DNA of 64,000 bases from Chloroflexota bacterium (GTDB taxonomy: Bacteria; Chloroflexota; Limnocylindria; Limnocylindrales; CSP1-4): assembly GCA_003171065.1 (NCBI GenBank), contig PMXQ01000149.1, positions 57,490-121,489 of the forward strand, written 5' to 3'. This document shows positions 27,355 to 37,305 of the stretch, piece after piece. The notes beneath the pieces are model-generated. The model saw only the letters and a program-made list of their open reading frames with translations. It was not told the origin of the DNA and ran no database searches. Every line of letters starts with the position of its first letter. The first letter of the stretch is position 1. Made by a program: the position numbers and the translations under genes.

Positions 27355-30087
27355 ATGCCTGACCCGCCCATTCCCTACCTCAGCGGGGCGGAGATTCGCC
27401 GCCGATACGTCGAGTTCTTCGCCGCGCGGGGCCACACCGTGGTGCCGAGCGCGTCGCTCGTGCCCGCGGGCGACCAGACGCTGCTCTTCACCAACTCCGG
27501 GATGGTCCAGTTCAAGGACGTGTTGACCGGGCGAGAGAAGCGCAGCTACGTCCGTGCCACGGACTACCAGCGCGTGCTGCGGGTCGCGGGCAAGCACAAC
27601 GACTTCGAGGAAGTCGGCCGCACGACGCGCCATAACACGTTCTTCGAAATGCTCGGCAACTGGAGCTTCGGCGATTACTTCAAGCGCGAGGCGATCCATT
27701 GGGCGTGGGAGTTCCTCACCGAGGATCTTGGCATCCCGAGTGAGAGACTGGCAGCCACTACCTACAAGGACGACGAGGTTGCCCGGTCGATATGGCGCGA
27801 TGAGATCGGCCTGCCGCCCGAGCGGATGGCCGTCTGGGGCGATGTCGACGCCGGCGACGACAACAACTTCTGGCGAATGGCAGAAACCGGCCCGTGCGGG
27901 CCGTGCAGCGAGATCCACTTCGACCGCGGTGCTCACCTGTCCGAGGGACCCGAGTGCATCCCGGACCACTCTGAGCATTGCCCGCGCTGGCTCGAGGTCT
28001 GGAACCTCGTGTTCATGGAGTTCGACCAGCGTCCAAGCGGGCGCGTGCCGCTCCCGTTTCACAGCATCGACACCGGGATGAGCCTGGAGCGCCTGGCGAG
28101 CGTCGTCCAACAGGTCTCGAGCAACTTCGACACGGATCTCTTCACGCCCATCCATGCCGCCATGCGCGACTTGCTGGGCCACGACCCGGAAGCGTTCGAG
28201 GCGGAGCGGTTCAGCTACCAGGTGATCGCCGATCACTCCCGGGCCGTGACGTTCCTCGTCGCCGACGGCGTTGCACCCGCCAACGATGGCCGTGGCTACG
28301 TCCTGCGCCGCATCATCCGTCGCGCTGTGCGACACGGGCGCCTGCTCGGTCGCCGCGAACCGTTCATGGACGTAACCGCGGGCGTCGTGATCGACGTGAT
28401 GGCGGGCGCATACCCGTATCTCATCGACCAGCGCGCCAGAATCCTGAAGGTGATCCATCAGGAGGAAGCCCAGTTCGCTCGGACCCTGGAGACGGGTACG
28501 AGCCATCTGGAGGCCGCCCTGGCACCCCTGACGAAGGCCGAACGAACGATCGGCCGGCGGCTGGAATCGCTGCCGGAGGATGCCCCCGTTCTGTCAGGGG
28601 CGGTCGCGTTCAGGCTCCACGACACATACGGGTTCCCAGTCGATCTCACCGTCGACATGGCCGCCGAGTATGGCGTCCGCGTCGATCGCGGAGGCTTCGC
28701 GGCCGCGATGGCCGAGCAGAAGGAGCGTAGTCGCAAGGGCACCAGGGCCGAGTTGGCGCGCCAAGCCGAGCTGGGGGATCTCTACCAGGCGATCCTGCGA
28801 CGGACCGGCGAAACGCGCTTCCTTGGCTACGATGGCACGGAGGCCGAGGGGCGGGTCGTGGCGATCCTGCGTGACGGAATCGAGTTTCAGGAGCTGACCG
28901 GCCACGGCGAGGCCGAGGTTGTCCTCGACGCCACTTCCTTCTACGCGGAGGGCGGCGGCCAGGTCGGCGACCGAGGCGAGCTCCTCGAGGCCGGCGGCGG
29001 CAGTGCGCTCTTCACGGTCGAGGACACTCAGAAGCCGATCACCGGACTCTTCGTGCATCGGGGCAAGCTGCACGGACGGCTACGGGTCGGGGAGACGGTC
29101 ACTGCCCGGGTGGACGCCGACCGACGGGCCCGCACGATGCGCAACCATACGGCCACGCACCTGCTGCACCGGGCCCTGCGCAACGTCGTCGGCCCGGAGG
29201 CGCACCAGGCCGGCTCGCTCGTGGCGCCCGACTACCTGCGCTTCGACTACCCGATGGACCGGCCGCTGACAGCTGCCGAGAAGCGCGCGATAGAGGACGA
29301 AGTCCGGCGGATCGTGCGCGAGAACCGCAGCGTGACGACCGTGGTTCAGCCGATGGCCGCCGCGATCGCAGCCGGCGCGGACGCTCTCTTCGACGAGAAA
29401 TACGGCGAGCGCGTCCGGACCGTCCGGGTCGAGGGCTACTCGCTGGAGCTGTGCGGCGGCACGCACTGCTCGGCCTCCGGCCAGATCGGCGGCTTCGTGA
29501 TCACCGCCGACCGGAGCATCGGAGCGGGCACGCGCCGCATCGAGGCGATGACGGGCGACGGCGCCGACGCCCTCCTGCGTGAGCGCACGGAACTGCTGGA
29601 GCGGATCGCGGAGACCGTCGGGGCCACGTCCGTGGATGCGGCGCCCGACCGCGTCGCCGCAATGCAGGATGAGCTGCGCGAGGTTCGCCGCCGGCTCAGG
29701 ACAGGCGGAGGCGGCCTCCCCAATGCCGCCGAGCTGGTCGCCCGGGCCGAGGAAGTGGCACCCGGAGTCAAGCTGGTCGCCCATTCTGGAGCCTTTGATT
29801 CGGCCGAGCAGTGGAAGGGCTTCGTCAAGGAAGTCCGGGCCGCGATGGGTTCGGGCGTGATCGCCGTCGCCTTTGACGCCGACGCCCCGCAGATCTTCGT
29901 GACAGTCAGCCCGGACCTGGTCACGGGTGGCGTCTCGGCCGGCGAGCTCGTGAAGGTGGCGATGAAGCCGATGCAAGGCCGCGGCGGCGGCCGCCCGGAA
30001 ATGGCCCAGGGGATGGGAACGCGCCGCGAAGGTATCGTTGCCGCCCTGACGGCGATCGCGGATACACTAAGAACGGCACGCAAGTAG
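27355..30087 (+). CDS. alaS: Alanyl-tRNA synthetase
   Basis: N-terminal LLFTNSGMVQFKD, editing-domain HTATHLLH, C-terminal DHHA1 domain. About 910 aa. ATG at 27355. Confidence 0.9.
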   Translation: MPDPPIPYLSGAEIRRRYVEFFAARGHTVVPSASLVPAGDQTLLFTNSGMVQFKDVLTGREKRSYVRATDYQRVLRVAGKHNDFEEVGRTTRHNTFFEMLGNWSFGDYFKREAIHWAWEFLTEDLGIPSERLAATTYKDDEVARSIWRDEIGLPPERMAVWGDVDAGDDNNFWRMAETGPCGPCSEIHFDRGAHLSEGPECIPDHSEHCPRWLEVWNLVFMEFDQRPSGRVPLPFHSIDTGMSLERLASVVQQVSSNFDTDLFTPIHAAMRDLLGHDPEAFEAERFSYQVIADHSRAVTFLVADGVAPANDGRGYVLRRIIRRAVRHGRLLGRREPFMDVTAGVVIDVMAGAYPYLIDQRARILKVIHQEEAQFARTLETGTSHLEAALAPLTKAERTIGRRLESLPEDAPVLSGAVAFRLHDTYGFPVDLTVDMAAEYGVRVDRGGFAAAMAEQKERSRKGTRAELARQAELGDLYQAILRRTGETRFLGYDGTEAEGRVVAILRDGIEFQELTGHGEAEVVLDATSFYAEGGGQVGDRGELLEAGGGSALFTVEDTQKPITGLFVHRGKLHGRLRVGETVTARVDADRRARTMRNHTATHLLHRALRNVVGPEAHQAGSLVAPDYLRFDYPMDRPLTAAEKRAIEDEVRRIVRENRSVTTVVQPMAAAIAAGADALFDEKYGERVRTVRVEGYSLELCGGTHCSASGQIGGFVITADRSIGAGTRRIEAMTGDGADALLRERTELLERIAETVGATSVDAAPDRVAAMQDELREVRRRLRTGGGGLPNAAELVARAEEVAPGVKLVAHSGAFDSAEQWKGFVKEVRAAMGSGVIAVAFDADAPQIFVTVSPDLVTGGVSAGELVKVAMKPMQGRGGGRPEMAQGMGTRREGIVAALTAIADTLRTARK

Positions 30088-30108
30088 AGATCAGCTAGGG
30101 GAGCGGCC

Positions 30109-31371
30109 GTGGCGTTCTGGCGCAGAATCTGGGGCCGCGACGAGGTGGCGGCGCTGGCTGCCTGCACGGCGCTGGACGTCGGCACCGAGTTCGCAAAGGC
30201 GCTCGTCTTCGACATCGACGAAGCTGGGCTGGGCACCGTGCGGGGCGTCGGCCGCAAGCGCCAGGGTCTTGCTCACATGCAGTCGGGCACGGTGACCGAC
30301 ATCAACGCGGTCGTTGACAACTGCTCCGTCGCGCTCCAGGAAGCGGAAGAGATGGCCGGCTTCCGGCCCACGCAGTGCGTCATCGGAATTGCCGGGGAGC
30401 TGGTCAAGGGCTTCACCATGACGCGATCCCATGAGCGCAAGCGCCCCGCCGCGCCGATAACGGATATGGAGCTGCAGAAGCTGATCGACGGCGTCCAGCA
30501 CGACGCCCTGCGTGAGGCCGAGCGGGCGATCACCTGGGAGACGGGTCTACCGCAGGTGGACGTGCGGCTGGTTCACGCCGCGGTGACCGGCGCCCAGATC
30601 GATGGCTATCCGGTCACCAACCCGGTCGGCTTCAAGGGCCGCAACGTCAAGATCAGCATCTTCAACGCCTTCGCGCCCCTCGTGCACCTCGGTGCGCTGC
30701 AGAGCGTCGCCGAGCAACTCGACCTGGAGCTGCTGGAGGTCGTGGCCGAGCCGTACGCCGTGGCCCGGGTCCTGGCCAGCGAGCAGGTGCAGCAGTCCGG
30801 GGCGCTTTTCATCGATATCGGCGGCGGCACGACGGACGTTGCCCTCGTCCGTCACGGCGGCATCGAGGGGACGCGTATGTTCGCCCTGGGCGGCCGGGCC
30901 TTCACGAAATCGATCGCGGACCACCTGGATCTGCCCTTTCCGCGTGCAGAAGAGGTCAAGGTCGACTACGCGAAAGGCAGGCCGGTGGAGCACGCTGCCG
31001 AGGTGGCCCAGGTGGTGGCCGACGACGTGGCGATCTGGTCGGCCGGCGTGGAGCTGGTCCTCGAAGAGCTGGCCGAGGGCGACCTGCTGCCGAGCCGGGT
31101 TTACATGTGCGGCGGCGGCTCGCACCTGCCGGAGATCGCTACGGTGTTGCGCAGCGAGGAGTTCTGGAAGCGCCTGCCGTTCAGCCGGCCGCCTGAGATC
31201 TTCGTGATGGCCCCGGGCCAGGTCGAGCGGATAAAGGACGCGACGCATCTTCTGGTCGACCAGCAGGACGTCACCCCCCTCGGTCTCGCCTACCAGGCGA
31301 TCGAACTGCAGACCAACGAGGATCCGCTGGATGTCGCTCTGCGGCGGGTCCTCCGAGCGATGAAGATGTAG
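30109..31371 (+). CDS. FtsA-like actin-fold ATPase (FtsA/PilM family, SHS2 insert, C-terminal amphipathic helix)
   Basis: LDVGTEFAKALVFD, IDGYPVTNPVGFKGRNVKISIFNAFAP, FIDIGGGTTDVALV, VYMCGGGSHLPEI and C-terminal LRRVLRAMKM match FtsA architecture. Not in a cell-division gene-cluster context. Confidence 0.8.
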   Translation: MAFWRRIWGRDEVAALAACTALDVGTEFAKALVFDIDEAGLGTVRGVGRKRQGLAHMQSGTVTDINAVVDNCSVALQEAEEMAGFRPTQCVIGIAGELVKGFTMTRSHERKRPAAPITDMELQKLIDGVQHDALREAERAITWETGLPQVDVRLVHAAVTGAQIDGYPVTNPVGFKGRNVKISIFNAFAPLVHLGALQSVAEQLDLELLEVVAEPYAVARVLASEQVQQSGALFIDIGGGTTDVALVRHGGIEGTRMFALGGRAFTKSIADHLDLPFPRAEEVKVDYAKGRPVEHAAEVAQVVADDVAIWSAGVELVLEELAEGDLLPSRVYMCGGGSHLPEIATVLRSEEFWKRLPFSRPPEIFVMAPGQVERIKDATHLLVDQQDVTPLGLAYQAIELQTNEDPLDVALRRVLRAMKM

Positions 31372-31375
31372 CGCC

Positions 31376-33283
31376 ATGGCGATCTATTACATCGATGTCG
31401 ACGACGAGATCACATCCGCGGCTGCACGAATCCGCGATGCCAGCGAAACGCGCATCGCCCTGGTCATTCAGGGTGGATCACGCCTGGCGACGTCGCGGAT
31501 CAACTTCCGGCTCCTGGCCCGCGAGGCGCGCCATCGCGGACGGCGCCTGGCGATCATCGCCGCCGACGCCACGGTTCGGTCGCTGGCTCAGACGGCCGAC
31601 TTGCCCGTATTCGCCAGCGTTGCCGAGTACCAGAGAGCGGAAGCCGCGCGACCGCCGGGCAGTCAGCCAGGTGGCGCCAACGAGGTAGGGGACACTCTCG
31701 ACGAGCTGGCGGCCACGGTCGGCACCGGAGACTCCGGTCGGGCGGCGAGGCTTGCCGGTGGCGGCGGCCCCAATCGGACGGGCGGCGTTGGGCAGGTTGC
31801 GCCGCACGCGAGACGCCGGTTCGGTCTCGGCGCCTGGCGTTGGGTCGCCCTGGCGCTCGTCGCGGTCCTCCTGGTGGGGGGCCTCGGCGCGTTCCTTCTG
31901 CTGCCGAGCGCGACCGTCGTATTGACGTTGAAGGAGGAGGCAGTCGGCCCACTGAACCTGGCTGTCAAGGTGGATCCCGGTATCAGCGCTCCCAACGACG
32001 TAACCCTCACGGTTCCGGGCGTTGCCGCGGAGTTCGCTCTGCAGGCGAGTGGGACATTCGACGCCACGGGCCAGAACGTGGTCGACACGGCGGCCACGGG
32101 CACCGTCACGTTCACAAGCGCCAACACGGGTGAGGCAGTGAGCATTCCGGCGGGTACTCAGGTCGAAACCGCGGGTGGAGTGGCGTTCGCGACAACTGCC
32201 GCGGTGACTGTCCCCAAGGCCACGCTGATCGGTCTTACGGTCACGCCTTCAACGGCCGACGTGGCCGTCACGGCCGTCAAGAAAGGACCCACCGGGAATG
32301 TCGCCGTCAAAGCGATCGTCAACGTACCGGCCTGGCTGGCGACAGCTCTGGTCGTACAGGATCAGGTGACCAACAAGAAGGCCACTTCGGGCGGCACTCA
32401 CACCGTGACGCCGTTCGTCCAGCAGTCCGACGTCGACGCCGCAGAAGCCAGCCTGGCGGCACAGCTCGCCTCGGCCGCACAGGCCAAGATGGCCGATCCG
32501 TCGTCGGTGGCGGCCGGCATGGAGTTGTTTCCGGCGACGGGCCGCTTGGACGACCCGAGCTTTGCCCCCGACCCGGCCACGCTCCTGAACCAGGGGCTGT
32601 CGAGCTTCGGTCTCGCCGCCACCGCGACGGAGACCGTCACGGCGGCTAATCTCACCAGCGTGCGCAGCCTCGCCCAGCGCGAGATCGTAGCCAGGGTTCA
32701 GGCCGGCCACGCGCTCGTCGATGGCTCGATCGTGATCACGTTTGGGTCGCCGGCGGCTGACGGATCCGTGGTTTCGGTCCCGGTGGTCGCCAGCGCGCTG
32801 CAGACGCCGACGGTGGACGTGAACCAGTTGCGCGCCGCGATCAAGGGCAAGTCCGCGACGCAGGCCAGGGCCTATCTGTCCCAGTACGGCGCCGCGAAGG
32901 TTTCCGTCTGGCCGTTCTGGGTGTCGACGATTTCCGGGTTCGATTTCCGGATCGACGTGAGCCTGATGGCGCCGCCCGCGCCGCCCGCCGTCGCCTCCGT
33001 GACGCCTGCGCCGGTTCCTTTGCCTACGCCAGAGGAGACTTCCACGCCGACCGGGGTCGCGACGCCGACCGAGATCGCGACGCCGACCGAGATCGCGACG
33101 CCGACCGGCGAACCGACGCTCCTACCGTCCGGCGCGCCGTCTCCGAGCCCGACTCCGACGTCGGTGGCATCCGCCTCGACCGGCGAGCCGACGCCCTCCC
33201 CGTCCGGGGCGCCATCGCCGAGCCCGACTCCGACGTCGGTCGCAACCGATTCGGCCGGCGCGAGCCAGACGGTCACGCCGTGA
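31376..33283 (+). CDS. Large bitopic membrane/surface protein: ~95-aa cytoplasmic N-domain, Gly/Pro-rich linker, one transmembrane helix, ~350-aa Thr/Val/Ala-rich beta domain, C-terminal Pro/Thr/Ser tandem repeats
   Basis: Transmembrane helix WRWVALALVAVLLVGGLGAFLLL. Repeats TPTEIATPTEIATPTGEPT, SGAPSPSPTPTSVA x2. Starts 5 nt after the FtsA-like gene. Confidence 0.6.
   Translation: MAIYYIDVDDEITSAAARIRDASETRIALVIQGGSRLATSRINFRLLAREARHRGRRLAIIAADATVRSLAQTADLPVFASVAEYQRAEAARPPGSQPGGANEVGDTLDELAATVGTGDSGRAARLAGGGGPNRTGGVGQVAPHARRRFGLGAWRWVALALVAVLLVGGLGAFLLLPSATVVLTLKEEAVGPLNLAVKVDPGISAPNDVTLTVPGVAAEFALQASGTFDATGQNVVDTAATGTVTFTSANTGEAVSIPAGTQVETAGGVAFATTAAVTVPKATLIGLTVTPSTADVAVTAVKKGPTGNVAVKAIVNVPAWLATALVVQDQVTNKKATSGGTHTVTPFVQQSDVDAAEASLAAQLASAAQAKMADPSSVAAGMELFPATGRLDDPSFAPDPATLLNQGLSSFGLAATATETVTAANLTSVRSLAQREIVARVQAGHALVDGSIVITFGSPAADGSVVSVPVVASALQTPTVDVNQLRAAIKGKSATQARAYLSQYGAAKVSVWPFWVSTISGFDFRIDVSLMAPPAPPAVASVTPAPVPLPTPEETSTPTGVATPTEIATPTEIATPTGEPTLLPSGAPSPSPTPTSVASASTGEPTPSPSGAPSPSPTPTSVATDSAGASQTVTP
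33044..33250 (+). repeat. In-frame tandem coding repeats (18-nt unit gcgacgccgaccgagatc x2-3; ~60-nt unit x2) encoding a Pro/Thr/Ser-rich C-terminal linker
   Basis: Direct DNA repeats visible at 33061-33110 and 33121-33240. Protein repeats TPTEIATPTEIATPTGEPT and SGAPSPSPTPTSVA. Confidence 0.7.
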
Positions 33284-33822
33284 GCGTCAACGACGACGGC
33301 CGTGGCGAGGCTCCGAGGCTGCGGCGGGTCCTTGGCATTGACCTGGGTGAGCGCCGCATCGGCGTGGCCCTGGGCGAGGTGGAAACGCACTCGGCGCTGC
33401 CGCTGGCCACGCTCAGCCGGGCTCGAACCGTCGACGAGGATGCTCGCGTGGTGGCGCGCCTCGCGGCTGAGCAGCGGGCGGACGGCCTGGTCGTCGGGCT
33501 GCCCCTCAACGCTGACGGGAGCGAGGGGCCGCAGGCTGCCACGACTCGCGAGTGGGCTGTCGCAGTGGCGGTCGCGACCGGTTTGCCGTTACGATTCCGC
33601 GACGAGCGCCTTACGAGCGTGCGCGCGGAACAACGGATCGGCGGCCCGGCGAGGGGGAGATCGGGTGGCCCGCCCAGCGCGACGCGGCGGGACGCACACC
33701 GGGCGCGCATCGATCGTGAGGCGGCGGCGCTGATACTGCAGGACGACCTTGACGCCACAGCCGGACCCACGGACGAGTCTGCGTCCGGTCGGGGCCAACC
33801 CGCGGAGCGAGGAACCGAATGA
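33280..33822 (+). CDS. ruvX: Holliday-junction resolvase-like RuvX/YqgF
   Basis: LGIDLGERRIGVALGE..VVGLPLNADG match YqgF. Conserved alaS..ruvX-mltG neighbourhood. Confidence 0.85.
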   Translation: MSVNDDGRGEAPRLRRVLGIDLGERRIGVALGEVETHSALPLATLSRARTVDEDARVVARLAAEQRADGLVVGLPLNADGSEGPQAATTREWAVAVAVATGLPLRFRDERLTSVRAEQRIGGPARGRSGGPPSATRRDAHRARIDREAAALILQDDLDATAGPTDESASGRGQPAERGTE

Positions 33823-35255
33823 GTATGCGCAGCGACCAGGATCCGCAGAGGCAGGGTCGCCGCGGCGTCCGGGGCGGATCGTCCGCCACGCCGCGCCCAT
33901 TCGTGGACACAGGCTGGGACGGCTACGACCCGGCCGGGGCCGACGCGGTGGGCGCTGGTTCCAAGGGGGGCTCGGCCACGGACGACCGCCGTGACTACAA
34001 GTCGAGCAAGTCGGGCGGCGTGGGCACGGTCCTGCGCTTCGCCGTGTTCACTCTTGTGCTGGCCAGCCTCGTCCTCGGCGGGCTCTACTTCTTGGCGCGC
34101 CCGGCCGTCTTCCACGCCATCGCCGACTGGGGTGCGGAGAATCCGACCGCCTTGAGTGTTCCCCTGGTGGCCGACATCGTCCGCAGCGATCTAGGCACCA
34201 GTCTAACCGAGCCGGTGGACCCGGAGGACTTCCGCCAGATCGCCTTTCAGGTCCAGTACGGCGACACGACGGCCGACATCGGGGATGCGCTCGTCAAGGC
34301 GGGCGTCATCGCCGACGCGCGGGCCTTCGTGTTCGAGGCCATCGAGCGAGGCGAGACGTCCAACTTCATCGCCGGGCGCCACGTCGTCACCAGGGCCATG
34401 ACCGTTGATGGGATCATCGATGCCCTGACTTCGCCGATCGTGGCCGCGCCCACGGTCCGCCTGACCTTCCGAGAGGGGCTGCGCATCGAGCAGATGGTGG
34501 CCGAGCTGGAGTACCTGGAGGCCAATCCTGTCGATCCCGCCGTCAAGCTCACGTTCGACGTCGCCGATTACTACCAGCTGGCGACTGATCCCCCGGCGTC
34601 CCTACTGGCCCAGTACAGCTGGCTCAAGTTGCCGGCGGGCGCATCCCTCGAAGGCTTTCTGTTCCCGGCCACGTACACCGTCGACCCGAACATCACACCC
34701 CTCGAGCTCATCGAGCAGCAGCTCGACGCCTTCGTCGCTCAGGCGCCGCCCGCATTGTTCAAGCTGACTCCGGACCAGATCTACCAGACCGTGCAGATCG
34801 CTTCGCTCGTCGAGCCCGAGGCGGTGCTGGACTCGGACCGGGCCCTGGTGGCAGGGGTCTACATCAACCGGCTCGATCCCAAGAAGTGGCCGACCGGCCT
34901 CCTCGAGTCGAACCCCACGGTCGACTACGCGAACGACACGGTGTGGCTGCAGTCAAATCCAATAGCGAGCTGGGTGGGCTACACGTTCTGGGTCCCCGTC
35001 GGCGGAACCACGCCGCTGGCGCAGATCGTGTTCCCGGACAACATCGCTCCGTACAACACGTACCACCATGCCGGCCTGCCCCCGACCCCGATCGACTCGC
35101 CCGGACTGGCTTCGCTGGTGGCGGCGGTCGACCCCGACACCGCCGATGGCTACTACTTCTTCCTGGCCAAGAACGACGGCAGCAACGGGCTGGCATTCGC
35201 CCACACGAACGCCGAGCAGATCGCCAACGAGAAGAAGTACGGCTACATCAAGTAG
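33819..35255 (+). CDS. mltG: Endolytic murein transglycosylase MltG (YceG family)
   Basis: N-terminal transmembrane helix and a YceG domain with a catalytic-Glu region. Overlaps the ruvX stop. Confidence 0.85.
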   Translation: MSMRSDQDPQRQGRRGVRGGSSATPRPFVDTGWDGYDPAGADAVGAGSKGGSATDDRRDYKSSKSGGVGTVLRFAVFTLVLASLVLGGLYFLARPAVFHAIADWGAENPTALSVPLVADIVRSDLGTSLTEPVDPEDFRQIAFQVQYGDTTADIGDALVKAGVIADARAFVFEAIERGETSNFIAGRHVVTRAMTVDGIIDALTSPIVAAPTVRLTFREGLRIEQMVAELEYLEANPVDPAVKLTFDVADYYQLATDPPASLLAQYSWLKLPAGASLEGFLFPATYTVDPNITPLELIEQQLDAFVAQAPPALFKLTPDQIYQTVQIASLVEPEAVLDSDRALVAGVYINRLDPKKWPTGLLESNPTVDYANDTVWLQSNPIASWVGYTFWVPVGGTTPLAQIVFPDNIAPYNTYHHAGLPPTPIDSPGLASLVAAVDPDTADGYYFFLAKNDGSNGLAFAHTNAEQIANEKKYGYIK

Positions 35256-35281
35256 GGCGACCGACCGCCACGCCGGACGCG

Positions 35282-35287
35282 TAACAT
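35282..35287 (+). promoter_or_regulatory. -10 hexamer TAACAT 7 nt upstream of the M24 peptidase GTG
   Basis: gTAACATtgcccagGTG. Confidence 0.4.
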
Positions 35288-35294
35288 TGCCCAG

Positions 35295-36524
35295 GTGAGC
35301 GCAGTCGTGCGGCGTCTGCCGCATCCGGCCGACTTCTCAGCGCCCCCGGCGGCGGGCGATCTGAACCGCTGGGCCGAGGCCGACAGGTCGGCGCGCCCGG
35401 CTCGCCTGGGCAGACTGCGCGCGCGTTTCGCGGGTGAGGGGATCGACGCCTACTTCGGCAGTCGGCCCGAGCACATGCGCTATCTGACCGGGTTCATCCT
35501 CGAGGACGGCGAGGACCGGGTGGCCGGGAACTCCGGCCGCTTCATCGTTTCGGGCGACGAGGTCGTGGTCCTGTCCGATACGCGCTACCGCCTGCAGGCG
35601 GTAGCGCAGGCGCCTGAGGCCCGGATCGAGGCGACGACGTACGATCTCGGGGCGACCTGGCCGGCCCTGGTGAAGAGCGTCGGCGCTAGGCGAGTCGCGG
35701 TGGAAAGCGGCTACGTCAGCCATCAGCTGTGGATGGAGCTACAGAAGGCCGCTCCCGAAGTCGAGCTGGTGCCCGTCAGCGGCTGGGTCGAGGCCGACCG
35801 GGCGACCAAGGAGCCGGCCGAGATCGAGCGCATCCGGGTGGCCTGCGCGGTCGCCGATCGCGCCCTCGCGTCGATCGTGCGGCGGATCAAGCCCGGGGTT
35901 TCGGAGCGGGAGCTGGCCCTCGCCCTGGAATGGGAGATGCGTACCTGCGGCGCGGAAGCGCTGGCGTTCGGCATCGCCTGCCTGGCCGGGCCGAATGCCG
36001 CCCTGCCTCATGGCTCGCCCTCGGAGCAGGAGGTGTGCGCGGGCCAGGTGCTCCTCTTCGACTTCGGTGCCATGGTGGCCGGCTACCGCAGTGACATGAC
36101 GCGGACGCTCTTCGTGGGCGAGCCGGCAGCACGCGACCTGGCGGTCTACGAGATCGTGGCGGCGGCGCAGAACGCATCCATCGAGCTGCTTGGCGCATCG
36201 GCACGCGGCGAGCGTGCGGCGGCGAACGGCCGCGAAGGTGACGCGGCGGCGCGCCAGGTAATCGAGGCCGCGGGGCACGGGGCGCATTTCGGACACGCCA
36301 CAGGTCACGGCATCGGCCTGGCCACGCACGAGCTGCCGTCCTTGAGTCGCATGGCCACCGAGGATCCGCTGCCCAGCCCGACGGTGTTCAGCGTCGAGCC
36401 CGGGGTCTACCTCGACAACGAGACGGGCGTCCGGATCGAGGATCTGGTCCTCTACGACACCACGTCCCGCCGGCTGGAGCAGCTGACGTGCTTCCCGCGA
36501 GAGGTGGTCGTCGTCGGCGTCTGA
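35295..36524 (+). CDS. Xaa-Pro aminopeptidase/dipeptidase (M24B, YqhT/PepP-like)
   Basis: Creatinase N-domain plus M24 metal ligands (HGIGLATHE, D/E residues). Precedes efp as in B. subtilis yqhT-efp. GTG sits 7 nt after TAACAT. Confidence 0.85.
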   Translation: MSAVVRRLPHPADFSAPPAAGDLNRWAEADRSARPARLGRLRARFAGEGIDAYFGSRPEHMRYLTGFILEDGEDRVAGNSGRFIVSGDEVVVLSDTRYRLQAVAQAPEARIEATTYDLGATWPALVKSVGARRVAVESGYVSHQLWMELQKAAPEVELVPVSGWVEADRATKEPAEIERIRVACAVADRALASIVRRIKPGVSERELALALEWEMRTCGAEALAFGIACLAGPNAALPHGSPSEQEVCAGQVLLFDFGAMVAGYRSDMTRTLFVGEPAARDLAVYEIVAAAQNASIELLGASARGERAAANGREGDAAARQVIEAAGHGAHFGHATGHGIGLATHELPSLSRMATEDPLPSPTVFSVEPGVYLDNETGVRIEDLVLYDTTSRRLEQLTCFPREVVVVGV

Positions 36525-36685
36525 GGCCCGGATCAGCCGGCCGGGCCGCGCTTGACGATTCGATCCAGGTACCGGCTGCCGGACCGACCGTTTCGGGCTC
36601 GCGCTCCGGTACAATCTCGGGGCACTACATCGATCGACCAAGCTGGCCTCCGGTCGGCCCGCCACCCAAGGAGCCCTCCTCGACC

Positions 36686-37243
36686 ATGATTTCGACAAGC
36701 GACCTGCACAAGGGTGTGACCATCGAGCTCGATGGCGACCTGTGGCAGATCCTGGACTATCACCACCTCAAGATCGGGCGTGGCTCGGCGCAAGTCCGCA
36801 TCAAGCTCCGCAACATCAAGCGCGGCCAGACGATCGAGCGGTCCTTCCAGGCCGGCGACAGATGGCCGCGTGTCCAGCTCGATCACCGCCAGATCCAGTT
36901 CCTCTATCAGGACGGCACCGACTATCACTTTATGGAGACGGAGAGCTACGAGCAGTTCCATCTGAGCGCGGACCAGCTCGACGACACCGTCAACTACCTC
37001 AAGGAATCCATGCTCCTCGACCGGACCAGCTACGAGGGTGAGACGATCGGCGTCGAGCTTCCGGTCACCGTCGATCTCAAAGTCGTCGAAACCGAGCCCG
37101 GGTTTGCAGGTGACACTCAGACGGGCGCGCGCAAGGCGGCCAGGCTCGAGACGGGCCTGTCGATCCAGGTCCCGATATTCGTGAACGAGGGCGACACGGT
37201 TAGGGTCGACACTCGAACAGGCGAGTACCAGACCCGTCTGTAG
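36686..37243 (+). CDS. efp: Elongation factor P
   Basis: MISTSDLHKGVTIELDGDLWQILDYHHLKIGRGSAQVRIKLRN. 185 aa. Confidence 0.9.
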   Translation: MISTSDLHKGVTIELDGDLWQILDYHHLKIGRGSAQVRIKLRNIKRGQTIERSFQAGDRWPRVQLDHRQIQFLYQDGTDYHFMETESYEQFHLSADQLDDTVNYLKESMLLDRTSYEGETIGVELPVTVDLKVVETEPGFAGDTQTGARKAARLETGLSIQVPIFVNEGDTVRVDTRTGEYQTRL

Positions 37244-37305
37244 CGGGTCGGTCGCCCGGCGACCGGCCGGGTAGCCAGCCGCCGGTTCAGTCAGGAGGAT
37301 CTGCC

